Assembly: GCF_006345805.1 (NCBI RefSeq)
Contig: NC_043012.1
Coordinates: 57,288,001 to 57,352,000, forward strand
Direction of reading: 5' to 3'
Source of the DNA: Octopus sinensis
Taxonomy: Eukaryota
DNA: 64,000 bases
Below, piece after piece: positions 38,661 to 50,889 of this stretch; the stretch's first letter is position 1, and each line of letters opens with the position of its first letter. Both the position numbers and the translations under genes were made by a program. The notes under the pieces were generated by a model. That model was not told the origin of the DNA, searched no databases, and saw nothing but the letters and a program-made list of their open reading frames with translations.

Positions 38661-39554
38661 GTTTAATATTAGTAATATTAAAATCACCTGATGGTTGGGA
38701 ATGTTGTAGAATAAGAGGCAAGCTATCAGCTAATTAAGACTGCTGAGCATTTTTCCCTCCCGTCCATCAAAGTCTTTCGAAAGTCTACATTTGTCTGAAT
38801 ATGTTTCACTGTTGGAAGGAGAATATTGGGCGAGAACAAAAAAAAAAAAAATATATATATATAAACACACAGATAAAAATCAACAAGAATTAAATACATA
38901 ACAATTATAAATGCTTTTCTACACAGTTTAATTATTTCTGAGAAGAGAACAAAACGAATAATAATAAAAGAAAACAAAAACAAAATATAAAAAAAAACAA
39001 AAACAAAGAATGTATTTATAGTGTAGAATGACAATAATTCAAGACTATAGATCAAGCAGGAACAATAATACTATCAGTTAACTTTTTTTTGGCAGGGTAT
39101 CATTACAAACAATAGACGTAGAGAGCAAAGCAAAATTATTAGCTATTAATACATCAGGCTGTAGGCAATAAATCCTTGATTATTGCAGAGGTTGGATGAA
39201 ATGGGCTTAGGTATATATCCTTAGAAAGAACAATTGTAAAGCCTCTGTTAGCAATGCTATGAATGATTATTTCAAAGTGGACAAGAACCATGTATCTGTC
39301 TGCATCTGTCTTTCAGTAGGGATTCCTAATGATTTCACCACTACCACAAGTCATCTAAACACACTACTAAATCAAGCGGAAGGACTCTCTTCGTTGTAAA
39401 CAACTATGTAGAAATGAGTTTGGGGATGTATGGGTTTTCGGGAATGAAGCAAAATTTAGGAGACATGAACGGAAAAAATTAAAAGGCAATTTCATTCCCA
39501 GACATCCTTTAATCTATGACATTATCATCGGTTTTTCTTGTGTGTGTTTTTTAT

Positions 39555-39955
39555 GTTGCAGTCATTGCACTGTGACCATACTGGGACACTGCTTGAAGAT
39601 TTTAGTCAAACAAACTGATCCTAGTACATATGTTTTGTTTTTTTAGGGTCCTGTGCTTATTCTAGCAGTTTTTTTTTTTTTTGCCAAACCACTAAGTTAT
39701 TAGGACATAAATAAACCAATGCTGGTTGTCAAACAGGAGACAAACACAAAAGCACACACACATACACAAACACACGCATGCACACAGATACACACCCATG
39801 CATGTGCATACAACCCCCCCACACACACACAAGACTTCCATGCAGGACTGGCTTGTGGAAATAAGAAAAGGCACTAGCCCGAGGTGTTGTGAAGTGGGAT
39901 TGAACTGTAAACCACGTGACTGCAAAGGGAGCGTCTTAACCACACAGCCATATCT
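39555..39955 (-). mobile_element. SINE family A (diverged)
   Basis: Reverse copy. Confidence 0.75.
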
Positions 39956-40279
39956 GCATGATTAAATAACTAAATCAAAGGACCTCAGTCAGTGTCCATG
40001 ATGAGCATTCAGTTGTTTGACTAACTGAAGCTATCTACTCACTGAGTCAACACAGAAATGGCTGAATATACCATAGACACTTGTAGCCTCAATATAATTC
40101 TCAGTCTACCTGAGATAGGTTTTAGACCTAGACATGTTGTAGCAGAATAAAAAATGGGTCAAAGATGGAAATAATTTCATGATCATTGGTCAATTGAATT
40201 AAATAACGACTGCTCTTGGGTTAAACAATAACTCAAAAACAGTCCACCATGGGACCTAATAACTTTCTTCAGATATTCT

Positions 40280-40790
40280 TTTCTATTCTAGGCACAAGCC
40301 CTAAAATTTGGGGGGAAGCAGTCCAGTCGATTAGATCAACCCCAGTATGCAGCTGGTGCTTAATTTATCAACCCCGAAAAGAAGAAAGGCAAAGTTGACC
40401 TCAGCGGAATTTGTACTTATTCTATCGACCCTGAAAAGATAAAAGGCAAAATTAACCTGGGCAGAATTTGAACTCAGATTGTGAAGATGCACAAAATGTC
40501 ACTAAGCATTTTGCCCGGCGTGCTAACGATTCTGCCAGCTCACTGCCTTCCCAAGAAAAATATCAATTTCAAATTTTAGCACAAGGCCAGCAATTTCAGA
40601 GGAGATGGGTAAGTTGATTAAATTAACCCCAGTACTTATTTTAACCAGGTACTTATTTTATTGACTCTGAAAGGACAAAAGGCAAAACTGGCCCTGGTGG
40701 AATTTGAACTTGGAAGTTAAGACAGATGGAATACTGCTAAGCATTTTGCTTGACATGCTAATGACTCTGCCAGCTTACTGCCTTTTCAGG
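40280..40790 (-). mobile_element. Two to three SINE family B copies
   Basis: Reverse cores (gaaaggcaaagttgacc) and heads. Confidence 0.8.
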
Positions 40791-41728
40791 GAAAATATTG
40801 CTTCACTTTTCATTTTGGGATTTGGTTTGCAAGATTCATTATGTGAGTTCGTGTGTTGGAGCATATTCAGTTGTGTCTGGGGAGAGTCATTTTCAAGACC
40901 ATTGAAAAGGTTGCAAGACACAACGAAAATTTTAGGAAAATAAAATAAGAAATAAGTGGAAATTTTACCGGTGTGTGTGTTTAAATTATAAGGCAAAAAA
41001 AAAAGAAACTGATTCTCCCCAGACACAACAGAATATTGCTTCACTTGAAAACAGGTAAGGTTTGGTGACAGGAATGGCGTCCAGCCATTAAAAATCTACC
41101 TTAACAAATTACATCTGGCCCATGCAGGCATGGATAAATGAAACTTAAAATGATGATGATGACGATTATTGTAATGATACTCTTTGCCTCACTAATGACA
41201 GGTATTGGGTTGGTGACAGGTATTTGGTTGTCCAACCAACCTGCTCATTGAAGTAGTAAACTCATTCTTTTGTCTTTGTCCTCAAACCTTTTTTTTTTTC
41301 AATCCATGTGATTTCTACTTCTATTATCTTTTACTTGTTTCAGTCATTGCACAGTGGCCATGCTGGGGTACTCACTCACCACCTTTAAAAAGTTTTCGTT
41401 GAATAAATTGCTGTCAGTATTTATTTTTCATTTTTATTTTAATTTCAATCACTAGTACTTATTCTATTGGTTATGGGGATGTAAACAAACCAGCACCTAT
41501 TGTCAAGCTGTGGTGGGGGACTAACACAGATACACACACATACAGTCATATATGTGACAGTTTTCTTTCCAAATCCACTCATGGGGCTTTGGTTAGCCTG
41601 AAATTGAACTCAAGGTTACACGGTCGGGAAGCTTCTTACCCCAAAGCAACCACCTTTTAATATTTAAACAGTGTTTCTGCCATCCACATCACCCCTTGAA
41701 ACAGTTATAGCTAACCAAAACCAAAACC

Positions 41729-41763
<35 letters not shown>

Positions 41764-42283
41764 TAATAATAATAATAAATATAAATAAATAATTTAAAAA
41801 AATAAAATTCTCTCGACATACAGATCACCATTAGCTACAAATACCAGCGTCAATTTTTATCTTTTTTTTTGGTTTTTGTTTATTGATTTCATTTATATTT
41901 TATTACCTCACAGCTACATTTCCTCAGAAGGAACAAAAAAAGAAACACCAAAATAAAAAAAAAGCAAAAAACAAAAATATAACCACCGAAAAAAAGCCAA
42001 AAAACTTTATTTATGAGACACATTGGTACTTTAATTGATATGTTCTGCTATGTTATTTTCAAACATAAACATAGTCATCAAAGATGACTGAAGAAATAAA
42101 AATGTAAAAATAAATAAATAAATAAATAAAATAATATAAAAAAAAAGTGTACAATAAAATAAAATAAAATAAAATAGAAACCGGTTGTATCATGATAGGG
42201 TCATGTCAGACATTTAAAACACATTATCTTTCCGTTGGTTTTTTAATTTTTTTTTATATTTTCATTGTGTTTTTTTTATTTAA

Positions 42284-42591
42284 CTCTTTTGATACCAAAC
42301 CGCTTGAGACCACCTCTGGTTTTTACGATACAAAATAAAATAAAATAAAATTTAAAAAAAACGAAATTTAAAAAAAAACTCCTATAATTTTAAAGTCTTC
42401 ATATTTAAATTAAAACCTTCCATCATAGTTTTTATGTAAGCACCTTTCTGTTAGGTTATGTTCCAAACGTTATCTTTATAATGAAAATGTTAGTTATTTT
42501 AACTAGACTCCAAACAAAATTCTCGATTATTTTGGAAATTAATTGAACCACAGAGACGGTGAATTTTATTAGATATATGGTAACTAAAGGG
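42284..42591. mobile_element. TTAA-flanked MITE
   Basis: TTAA|ctcttttgatacc ... ggtaactaaaggg|TTAA. Confidence 0.75.
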
Positions 42592-43659
42592 TTAATAGTT
42601 TAATATTGATTTCTCACATTAGTGTGTAGACGACATACTAGTACTGAAGAGAATAAAGAGATGTTATAAATTGTTATGGAACTTACTAACTTCACAAGGT
42701 ACAAAAGGTAATTCCCACTAGGATTGGCATCATTGTAATTCTACTCGGGACGTTCATTAAAGTGACTGGTAAATGTGTTAAGATATGGGGCAGGGAGAAT
42801 TCCTCAATCATTTTGAGGACAAGGCACCTTCTGTTGTGCCAGCGCATAAATAAAATACATCTAGTATACACTAAAAAATGGTGGCAAGTATAAAGAAGCA
42901 CTAACATAAAGAGGGCTCCTTAATCTTTTCGAGGACAAAGCAACCCCTTTGGTGCTGGTGCAATAAGAAAATGCATCCAAGCAAACACTGAGGTGAAGAT
43001 GATTCTTTAGTATTGCCTAGGGTGTGGCAACACCACTATTGCTGGTGCCACAATAAAATGCACCTAGAACACTTTGTGAAGATCCTCACATCAAGAACGG
43101 CATCCAACCATAGAAACCAAGCTAAAGGTATGAAATGTACAAGTGAAACATGGTTCTTTGAGCCATCTAGGAGAGCAGTAATTTTACATAAGAACTGAAG
43201 CAGACAGTGACGGCCTGTTGAACCTATAGGCAACATGGAAAGCAGGTGTAAGAAAATGTTGACAAGACATGTTCAATTGAATTAACTTCCAAGTACATGT
43301 ATTGCAATATTTATTTTATTTCTTCTAGATGGGTGCAGGTGTATCTGTGTGCTTTAGATGTTTGTTTCCCAGTTATGTAGTTCCAAGTTTAAACCTGATG
43401 TATGGCACCTTGCGGCTGACCAATGCCTTATGAGTAGAAACTGGTAGACAGAAACTATACATAAGTCGTCATGTATCTATATTTATAGAAACATATGTAT
43501 GTACGTATATTCATGTATATAAGTATGAATATATAGAAACCATGCCATAACATACAAATGGAGTATCTGGACAGCTCCATGTCAAACCCTCCAACCCATG
43601 CCAGCATGGAGAGTGGATGCTAAATGTTGACGATAATGATGATGATGATATAATAATGT

Positions 43660-43950
43660 GAAGGTGCATGGCTTGGTGGTTAGGGTGTTGCACTCATGGA
43701 TTCCTAGATTCCCAGATTGAGTGTCTCATTATGTTCTTAAGCAAGACACTTCATTTCATTTCACGCTGCTCCAGTCATCTCAGCTGTAAAGAGTTAACCT
43801 TGCGATAGACTGGCTTTCTGATCAGGGGGAAATGTTGGCCCGCTCCTCTAGCCAGCAATGTGGCATCATTTGAAAACTAAAACCATACAAAGCGCATTGT
43901 GACCAGTGATGTATAACACCATCCAATAGTCTTGCCCATCACTTGATATA
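43660..43950 (+). mobile_element. SINE family D variant
   Basis: tRNA head tggcttggtggttaggg and D core. Confidence 0.75.
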
Positions 43951-44049
43951 TATTTATCTGTTTGTATGGGTATGTGTGGTGTGCAAATGTTGACATTTTA
44001 TAGCATATCTTGTCAGCATCTCATTGAAATAGTGATATGATATTTACAG

Positions 44050-44400
44050 TCTGACTTTACCTTTCATCCTTTCAAGGTCAATAAAATAAGTACCAGTGAA
44101 ACACTTGGGGTTGATGTAATCGACTAGTCTCCTCCCAAGACTTAGCCTTGTGCCTATAGTAGAAAGTATTATTATTATTATTATTATTATAACTAAGGTA
44201 GCAAGCTGACAGAATTGTTAGCACACTGGGCTTAGAGGTATTTCATCCATCTTCATGTTCCGAGTTCAAATTCCACTGAGATTGGCTTTGTCTTTTAACT
44301 TTTCGAGGTCGATAAATTAAGTACCAGTGAAAAACTGGGGTCGATGTAATTGACTAGTCCTATTCCCTGAAATTTCAGACCTTGTGCCTACAGTAGGAAA
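44050..44400 (+). mobile_element. Two SINE family B copies
   Basis: B cores with the agtctcc..ccttgtgccta tail. Confidence 0.8.
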
Positions 44401-44505
44401 GGCTATAACAACTAGTCAGTCAGCATTTTTGAAAACCTGTGGAATAAGGAAATCCCAAACCTGAAACAGTTAGGTGACAACAAGAAGGGCATCCAGCAAT
44501 AGAAT

Positions 44506-44966
44506 CAAGGCTGTGGAGTCGGAGTCAGAGTCGTGGAGTTGGGGCCATGGAGTCAGGGTCATGGAGTTGGAGTTTTGGAGTTGGAGTCATGGAGTTGGAA
44601 TCGTGGAGTCGGAATCATGGTGTCGGAGTCGTGGAGTCGGAGTAATGGAGTCAGAGTCATGGAGTCAGAGTTGGAGTTGGAAACAATTAAGGATTAGCTG
44701 GAGTCGGAGTCAGAGGCAGTAAAACTATACCAACTCTGATTCCGACTCACAATATCTTTTTGCTTTAATATAAACCAGTTATAACATACAGGCCTACTCA
44801 CAGTATAAGTGTATGCATATGCTTTATGAGAAATGTAGACCACAATCACTTAATTACATAAAGAAGAGCCAGAGTTGGACTCGGAATTGGAGGCAGAAGT
44901 GCCAATAGTAGAGGAGCTGGAGCCAGAGTCGGAGTCGAGGTATTTTGTTTTGACTCCACAGTCCTG
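44506..44966. mobile_element. MITE with (GGAGTC)n-rich subterminal repeats, nested in a SINE C copy
   Basis: caaggctgtggagtc ... gactccacagtcctg TIRs. The host C sequence (gaagggcatccagc | ccatccaaatcatagtagcatggaaaagc) is split around it. Confidence 0.8.
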
Positions 44967-45199
44967 GAAAGAAGTCTCCATCCAAATCATAGTAGCATGG
45001 AAAAGCAGATGTTAAGCAAACTAGCAAACAGAGGGAAACAATATTTTCCTCTCACTCTCGTAGATAAATTAGCTTAGGAGGACGACAGTATCAATGCAAT
45101 CAACAACAAAGCAGATAGGCTTATAGTTATGACAATTGAATAATAGGATATCAGATAAAATGTTAGATGATTAGAGATTTTAGAGGCTTTCTTACTGAA

Positions 45200-46006
45200 G
45201 AAAAAAAAAAAGAGAAAGAAAAACGAATGAGCTGTTTATGGGTGTTGGATAAATATTGTGAACTGAAGAGACAGATCTAATAAATACAATGAATTGAGAA
45301 TGTGATTGGTTGTCATAAGTATTGATTGGTGTATATAAGATACGAGACTGCAATGGTACAGACTTGATGGGCATGTATTGTGTACGGATCATAGGATCAA
45401 GTTATGCTGACTGAAGATGAAGACAAAGCAAACTGCTACATGCTGGAAGTACAATGAAGGAATGGGTAAAGAGAAGGAGAGAGTGTGATTAAATTCTTGT
45501 GACAAAATAGACAGTTAATTCTATCAGTAAATATTTATACAACACACAAAGGCGGAGGAGACACAGGAAATGGAACAATTTGGAGAGAAGATATTCTATT
45601 GAAAAGAACTTTCTAAGAAAATATCACTGAATTTTCTGAGACTACGATAACAAAACTTTCTGGAAATATTACAGCGATGATATAAACACAAGAATGGTGG
45701 TCTGTGTTAGCGTTATGAGATAAGAGAGAACAAAAGAGTAGAAATGTTAGGGTGCTGTTAAATGAAGTTGAATATTATGTTTCTGGCAAACAGAATATTA
45801 ATCTCTACTTCAGCATAGAAAATACATGCCCTACAAATACATATGCCCACTCCCTAAATAAACAAATAAGGGAACTCAAAAAGTTAGGAATTATCAACCA
45901 ATTTCTTCCCTTCAAATCACTCCCAGCCATCTTAAATGAGGAAGAATATATTAGATCAGGTTTTCCCCAAAATGGGTTCTGTGAGAAAATTTTTTCTGGG
46001 GTTTAA
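45200..46006 (+). mobile_element. Unidentified dispersed repeat with a decayed ~200-codon frame (partial second copy at 59050-59760)
   Basis: The first ~430 bp closely match 59050-59320 + 59585-59760. The frame 45404-46006 is interrupted by stops. Confidence 0.6.
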
Positions 46007-46612
46007 AAATATATTTAAACAATGGAATTTTCCATCAGTTTTAGAGTAATAAGTCAATGTCGTTGACGTTATCATTATTTAACATCCATTTCCCAAGCTG
46101 TCATAGGTTGGCCAGTTTGATAGGATGTGGCAAGTCGCAGGGCTGTGTTGAGCTCCACAATCAGCTTTGAGATAGTTTCTACAGCTACATACTCACTCTG
46201 ATGCTAACTACTTTACAGTATGTAACCAGGTGCTTTATTTCCTGCCACAGGCACTAGTGAAGTCACAAAATAAGTTGCAAGGTAGGAAAAGAAGAGGGTT
46301 AAAGACCCCATCACTAAGTAGGGGTTGGAGTATTTGGGAGTGAAAGTGGGTTTATGCCAGGTATTGAGAAGTTAAAATATGATAAAGGGACATGAAAAAA
46401 ATTCTTTCTCCACAAAATCTTTTATTTCATTTAGTGTCTTAATTGAATTAATCATGCATTATCTCAAAGCTACAAGATTTCTATGGTATGATTGATTATT
46501 TTTAGAATGGCATTGTAGGGTAAGTGTAAGAGGTCAGATCTGGTTGGTCTGAATGTAAAACAGGTTGAATATTTTGGTTGGATATACTTAGTTTCAAGGC
46601 TAAGGGTTTAAA

Positions 46613-46973
46613 GCCTTTTGATACTGACCGGCCTGGGACTGCTCCTTGAGTCTATGACACAAGTTTCTTGATTTAAAGTGGTCTAAATTAAAAACCTTCC
46701 ATCAAAATTCCATTTTGCATTTATGTCCTGAATACCAGCATAATAACGAAAAAGCAATTTTTCTGAATTCTTCATAATTTTCAAAAATTAATTGAAACAA
46801 ACTTAAATATGGTGCAGAAGTGGCTGTATGGTAAGTAGCTTGCTTACCAACCACATGGTTCTGGGTTCAGTCCCACTGCGTGGCACCTTGGGCAAGTGTC
46901 TTCTACTATAGCCTTGGGCTGACCAAAGCCTTGTGAGTGGATTTGGTAGATGGAAACTGAAAGAAGCCTGATG

Positions 46974-47007
<34 letters not shown>

Positions 47008-47206
47008 ATATATATATTGACAATCAATGCTGGTGTGTTTATGTCCTCGTAACTTAGTGGTTCGGCAAAAGAGACCGATAGAATAAGTACTAGGCTTACA
47101 AAGAATAAGTCCTGGGGTTGATTTGCTCGATAAGGGTGGTGCTCCAGCATGGCTGCAGTCAAATGACTGGAACAAATAAAAGAACAAAAGAACGGTAACA
47201 AGAGGG
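46613..47206. mobile_element. TTAA-type MITE interrupted by a SINE family A copy (46811-47192, +)
   Basis: Left end gccttttgatact; right end ggtaacaagaggg resumes after the SINE tail. Confidence 0.75.
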
Positions 47207-48329
47207 TTAGAATTAAAGTAATGACATTTTTTTTTTTTGTAAAATTTAAATATTGTTTCTGTGATTCTGTGATTGTTCCAAAAAATTTTTGGGAAATTCT
47301 ATAAGGGTTCTATGACACCTTTAAATCATAAAAGGATTCCATAATTTTTTTTTTTAAATCTCATAATTTGTATAAGGATTTTTATGACTTTTTTTGAAAA
47401 TTGTATAAGGATTTTTGCAATGTTTTTTTTTTTTCTTCTGAAGTCATGGAAGAATTCCGCAATAAAATAAGTTTGACGACCATTGCGGTAATTAATGATA
47501 CATCTAGATACGGGACAGAGAAAACACAATACAGATGGTCACATCTGGAATGCCTTTCATGAGGTCAGAGGCTTGCTCGATCTAATCTAAGCTGACCTGG
47601 GGCTAAACAACAACAACAACAACAACAGCAATGGCATTCCAATCACCTCAAAATTGCAGGAAATGACTTTTATGGGAAAATGTAAATATTTGTCTCAGCA
47701 CAAATATTTGTGGAAGAAATGCAGTAAAGTTGATTAGTTTGACTTTATTCTATGGCCAACCCAACCCAGCCAAGCCCAACCCTGACGATTATTGATCTTT
47801 ATCCAGTTAATTAAATACAAATATGATCCAGGCAGAATTTGAACTATGAACACAGAAGGATGGACTAATTATGGGAAAGATAATTATTCCAATTCATTCA
47901 CTATAATTTGAATCCATTGGATCTGACCAATTAGATAAATAGTAAACAATGTATGTTTAATTAATGGCTGCCTTAAACACTACCATCTAATCCCACATTG
48001 CAACACACACACACACATGCATGCACACATACACAAACGCACACATACTCATATACATACGCATTCACACACAAACACAGTGACATACAGTGTAGATACA
48101 TATATGACACTGTAGATACATATATGACACTTTATAAGACAAATAAAAGCAAAACCTCTCACACACACATCAGCCAGATTAACAGATGTAGTTACACACT
48201 GCTAGTCACAGTGCACTTTCTCACACTGCTGTAGCTTTCAAATGATGCAACCCTACTAGCTAGGTGAGCAGGCCAGCACTTTCCCCGGAATGGAAAGCCA
48301 GTCCAGTGTAGGGTCACCCATCAACAGCT

Positions 48330-48570
48330 GAGTAAAAAAACAGAAGTTACCTTTTCAAGTCATGCTGACTAATAAGGGCCAGTTTCCTGGTTTCCATGGA
48401 ATATCAATTCCCCCACCTATACTGGACACTGGTCAGTCACAGGATTACTTTTTTTTGCCAGCTGAGTGGACTAAGGCAACGTGAAATGAATTGTTTTACT
48501 CAAGAACAGAATGCATTGCCTGCTCCAGGAATCAAAACTGCAATTTTATGATCATGCAGCTGATGTAAGC
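48330..48570 (-). mobile_element. SINE family D (diverged)
   Basis: Reverse D core (tttgccagctgagtggac..aacgtgaaatgaa..ctcaagaaca). Confidence 0.75.
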
Positions 48571-49022
48571 AACTGTCTTCTCCCACCAAATTTCAGTTCT
48601 TGTGCTTTTAGTAGAATGAATTATTAATGTTATAATTATATATATGTATATATATGAGTCGCCATGATAGATCACTAGCCACTAAACCTTCTTAATTTTC
48701 TCTCTCTGTTTATTTCTGTCCTCCTTTCTGTTGAAGACCGTAGGCTTGAAACATAAAAGACTTTCTTACTTCTCGAGCGTTAAACTAATACATCTGTTTG
48801 TTGTTTAAACACCCATCTCTGTCTTTTGTTTTTTCATAAATTCTCACTATATATATATATATATAAAACATAGACTTGAATAAAAATTCAGCTGGAAATA
48901 GGACAAAGATATCGTTATATGAGAGAGTAAATAGCAATAAAGAACTTGGCAGAAATGAATTTGATTTTACCATGAATGATTAAATTAATACCAAATCTGA
49001 GAGAAATATAAAATATTATCTC

Positions 49023-49442
49023 TGCAATTGTTCTAAATGGGACTATGTTATGTGAATAATAAATGTAAAATTAAAAATGTAATATATAGATGTAAAAGTT
49101 ACATCTAAGGGAAATGAATACTTTTACATCAGTGCAACTGGACTAAGTTTCAAAAAGAGACTGGCTAATCACTGAAGTTCATTCAGAAATAAAAATAAAA
49201 GATTCCAGACAAGTCTAAGTAAATTAGTCTCGTCTATTAAAGACAGAAACAATGACTATACCATTAATTGGGAATTAATTAGTACTGCAGAAACATACAG
49301 ACCTGGAACTAATAAATGTGATATATGTTTAGAAGAATTTTACCAAATTTTTACATCTAATGGTAATATAATAAGCTCTAGACAGGAACAAGCTTTGAGA
49401 TGCTTGCACATGAGAGAATTTACTTTTGCTCAGAATAAATGA
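49023..49442 (+). pseudogene. Penelope-like element GIY-YIG endonuclease remnant
   Basis: With one frameshift and stops it reads CNC..VNNKCKIKNVIY../KVTSKGNEYFYISATGLSFKKRLANH*SSF..TSLSK..I.W..Y..KCDICLEE..RQE..RCLH. This is the CNC / VIY / YIG / FKxRxxxH / CxxC / CxH layout of PLE GIY-YIG domains. Confidence 0.85.
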
Positions 49443-49617
49443 GTAATAAACATCTAAACAGCAGAAAGTTTTGAAATAACAAGCTATGAGTGATTATCCA
49501 ATCAAAATTTGAATTGAAGATAGTTTGAATCTAAATTAATGAACAACTCCGCATCATACAATGCAGAGTAGATAAACGAAAAACTTTAAATAGTTAAGTC
49601 AAACGATATTAAAGTGA

Positions 49618-49703
49618 AGACCCTGAAGAAACTGCACTGGTATTATAGTAGGGTTGCAACTGCAATGGTTACTAATAAATGCAATTGAAACATGTGTAGG
49701 TCT
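49618..49703 (+). ncRNA. Type I hammerhead ribozyme fold in the Penelope 3' region
   Basis: Stem I AGACC/GGTCT, core CTGAAGA, stem II AACTGCA...TGCAATT, GAAA, stem III AC-ATGT-GT, cleavage triplet GTA (49696-49698). Confidence 0.8.
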
Positions 49704-49784
49704 ATGTAAAGCTGTATATATAAAAAGGAATTAAAGGTAATACTATGCCACTTCATAATAATCCTTATTATTAGTATTGACATC

Positions 49785-50020
49785 ATCATCATCATCATCA
49801 TCATCGTTTAACGTCCGTTTTCCATGCTAGCATGGGTTGGACAGTTTGACTGGGGTCTAGGAAGCCAGGAGGCTGCACCAGGCTCCAGTCTGATCTGGCA
49901 GTGTTTCTACAGCTGGATGACCTTCCTAACGCCAACCACTCCTTGAGTGAAGTGGGTGCTTTTTATATGCCACCAGCACAGGGGCCAGAGGAAGCTGGCA
50001 ATGGCCACGATCGGTTGGTG
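49785..50020 (-). mobile_element. SINE family C
   Basis: (ATC)n gtttaacgtccgttttccatgctagcatgggttggac... Confidence 0.9.
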
Positions 50021-50359
50021 TATGTAAATGAAGATATTTCCTTTAATTTGCTGCTTTCCTTTCTTCGAAATGAGAAGATACATTGTGGGACTGTTATTTT
50101 AAATGAGTTCTGTCTATGTATCATTCGATGAGACACATCTGCACCATCGGATGCTCCTGAATTAGTTGTTGAGTGTCCTACCTGTGAGGGATCGATGCTA
50201 AATGTGCCGAAACAATTGTTGTGATTAATAATAAGTTCTCGCATATTTCCTCTTCTGTCTTTCATTCACCATATATATATATATATATATATATATTTAA
50301 GGATTTAAGGATATATATATATATATATGTCAATATTGATATGATGGACTTTATACAGT

Positions 50360-50580
50360 TTCTTATTTCTTTATTGCTCACAAGGGAGTAACATAGAGGG
50401 GACAAACAAGGACAAAGGGATTAAGTCGATTACATTAACCCCAGTGTGTAACTGGTACTTAATTTATTGACCCCAAAAGGATGAAAGGCAAAGTCGACCT
50501 TGGTGGAATTTGAACTCAGAACGTAACGGCAGACGAAATACAGCTAAGCATTTCACCCGGCGTAATAACGTTTCTGCCAG
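50360..50580 (-). mobile_element. Young SINE family B copy
   Basis: Reverse of the 25427/57590 type, including the tail. Confidence 0.9.
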
Positions 50581-50856
50581 TTTCTATCTATCAAATTCTT
50601 TCATAAGGTATTTGCTGCATGGCATAAGATGATATCAGAAGACACCCATGCAATGTGTCACGCAGTGGGACTGCACCCTAAACCACAGGGTTGTAGATCT
50701 CCTGTTGACAGCTGACAATTTCAGTATACTCTATACAAGCTCTATATAATATCTAATTATCTTTATGCATATAAATGTTTATATTTCTCATAACACATCA
50801 AGTTGCCTTTCCATGAAGTAGTTTACATAACTGTGTGTGTGTGTATGGCATGTGTA

Positions 50857-50889
<33 letters not shown>

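Noticed and set aside
44474-44722. SWS/ESES repeat ORF
   Set aside because: It is the translation of the GGAGTC repeats of a MITE.
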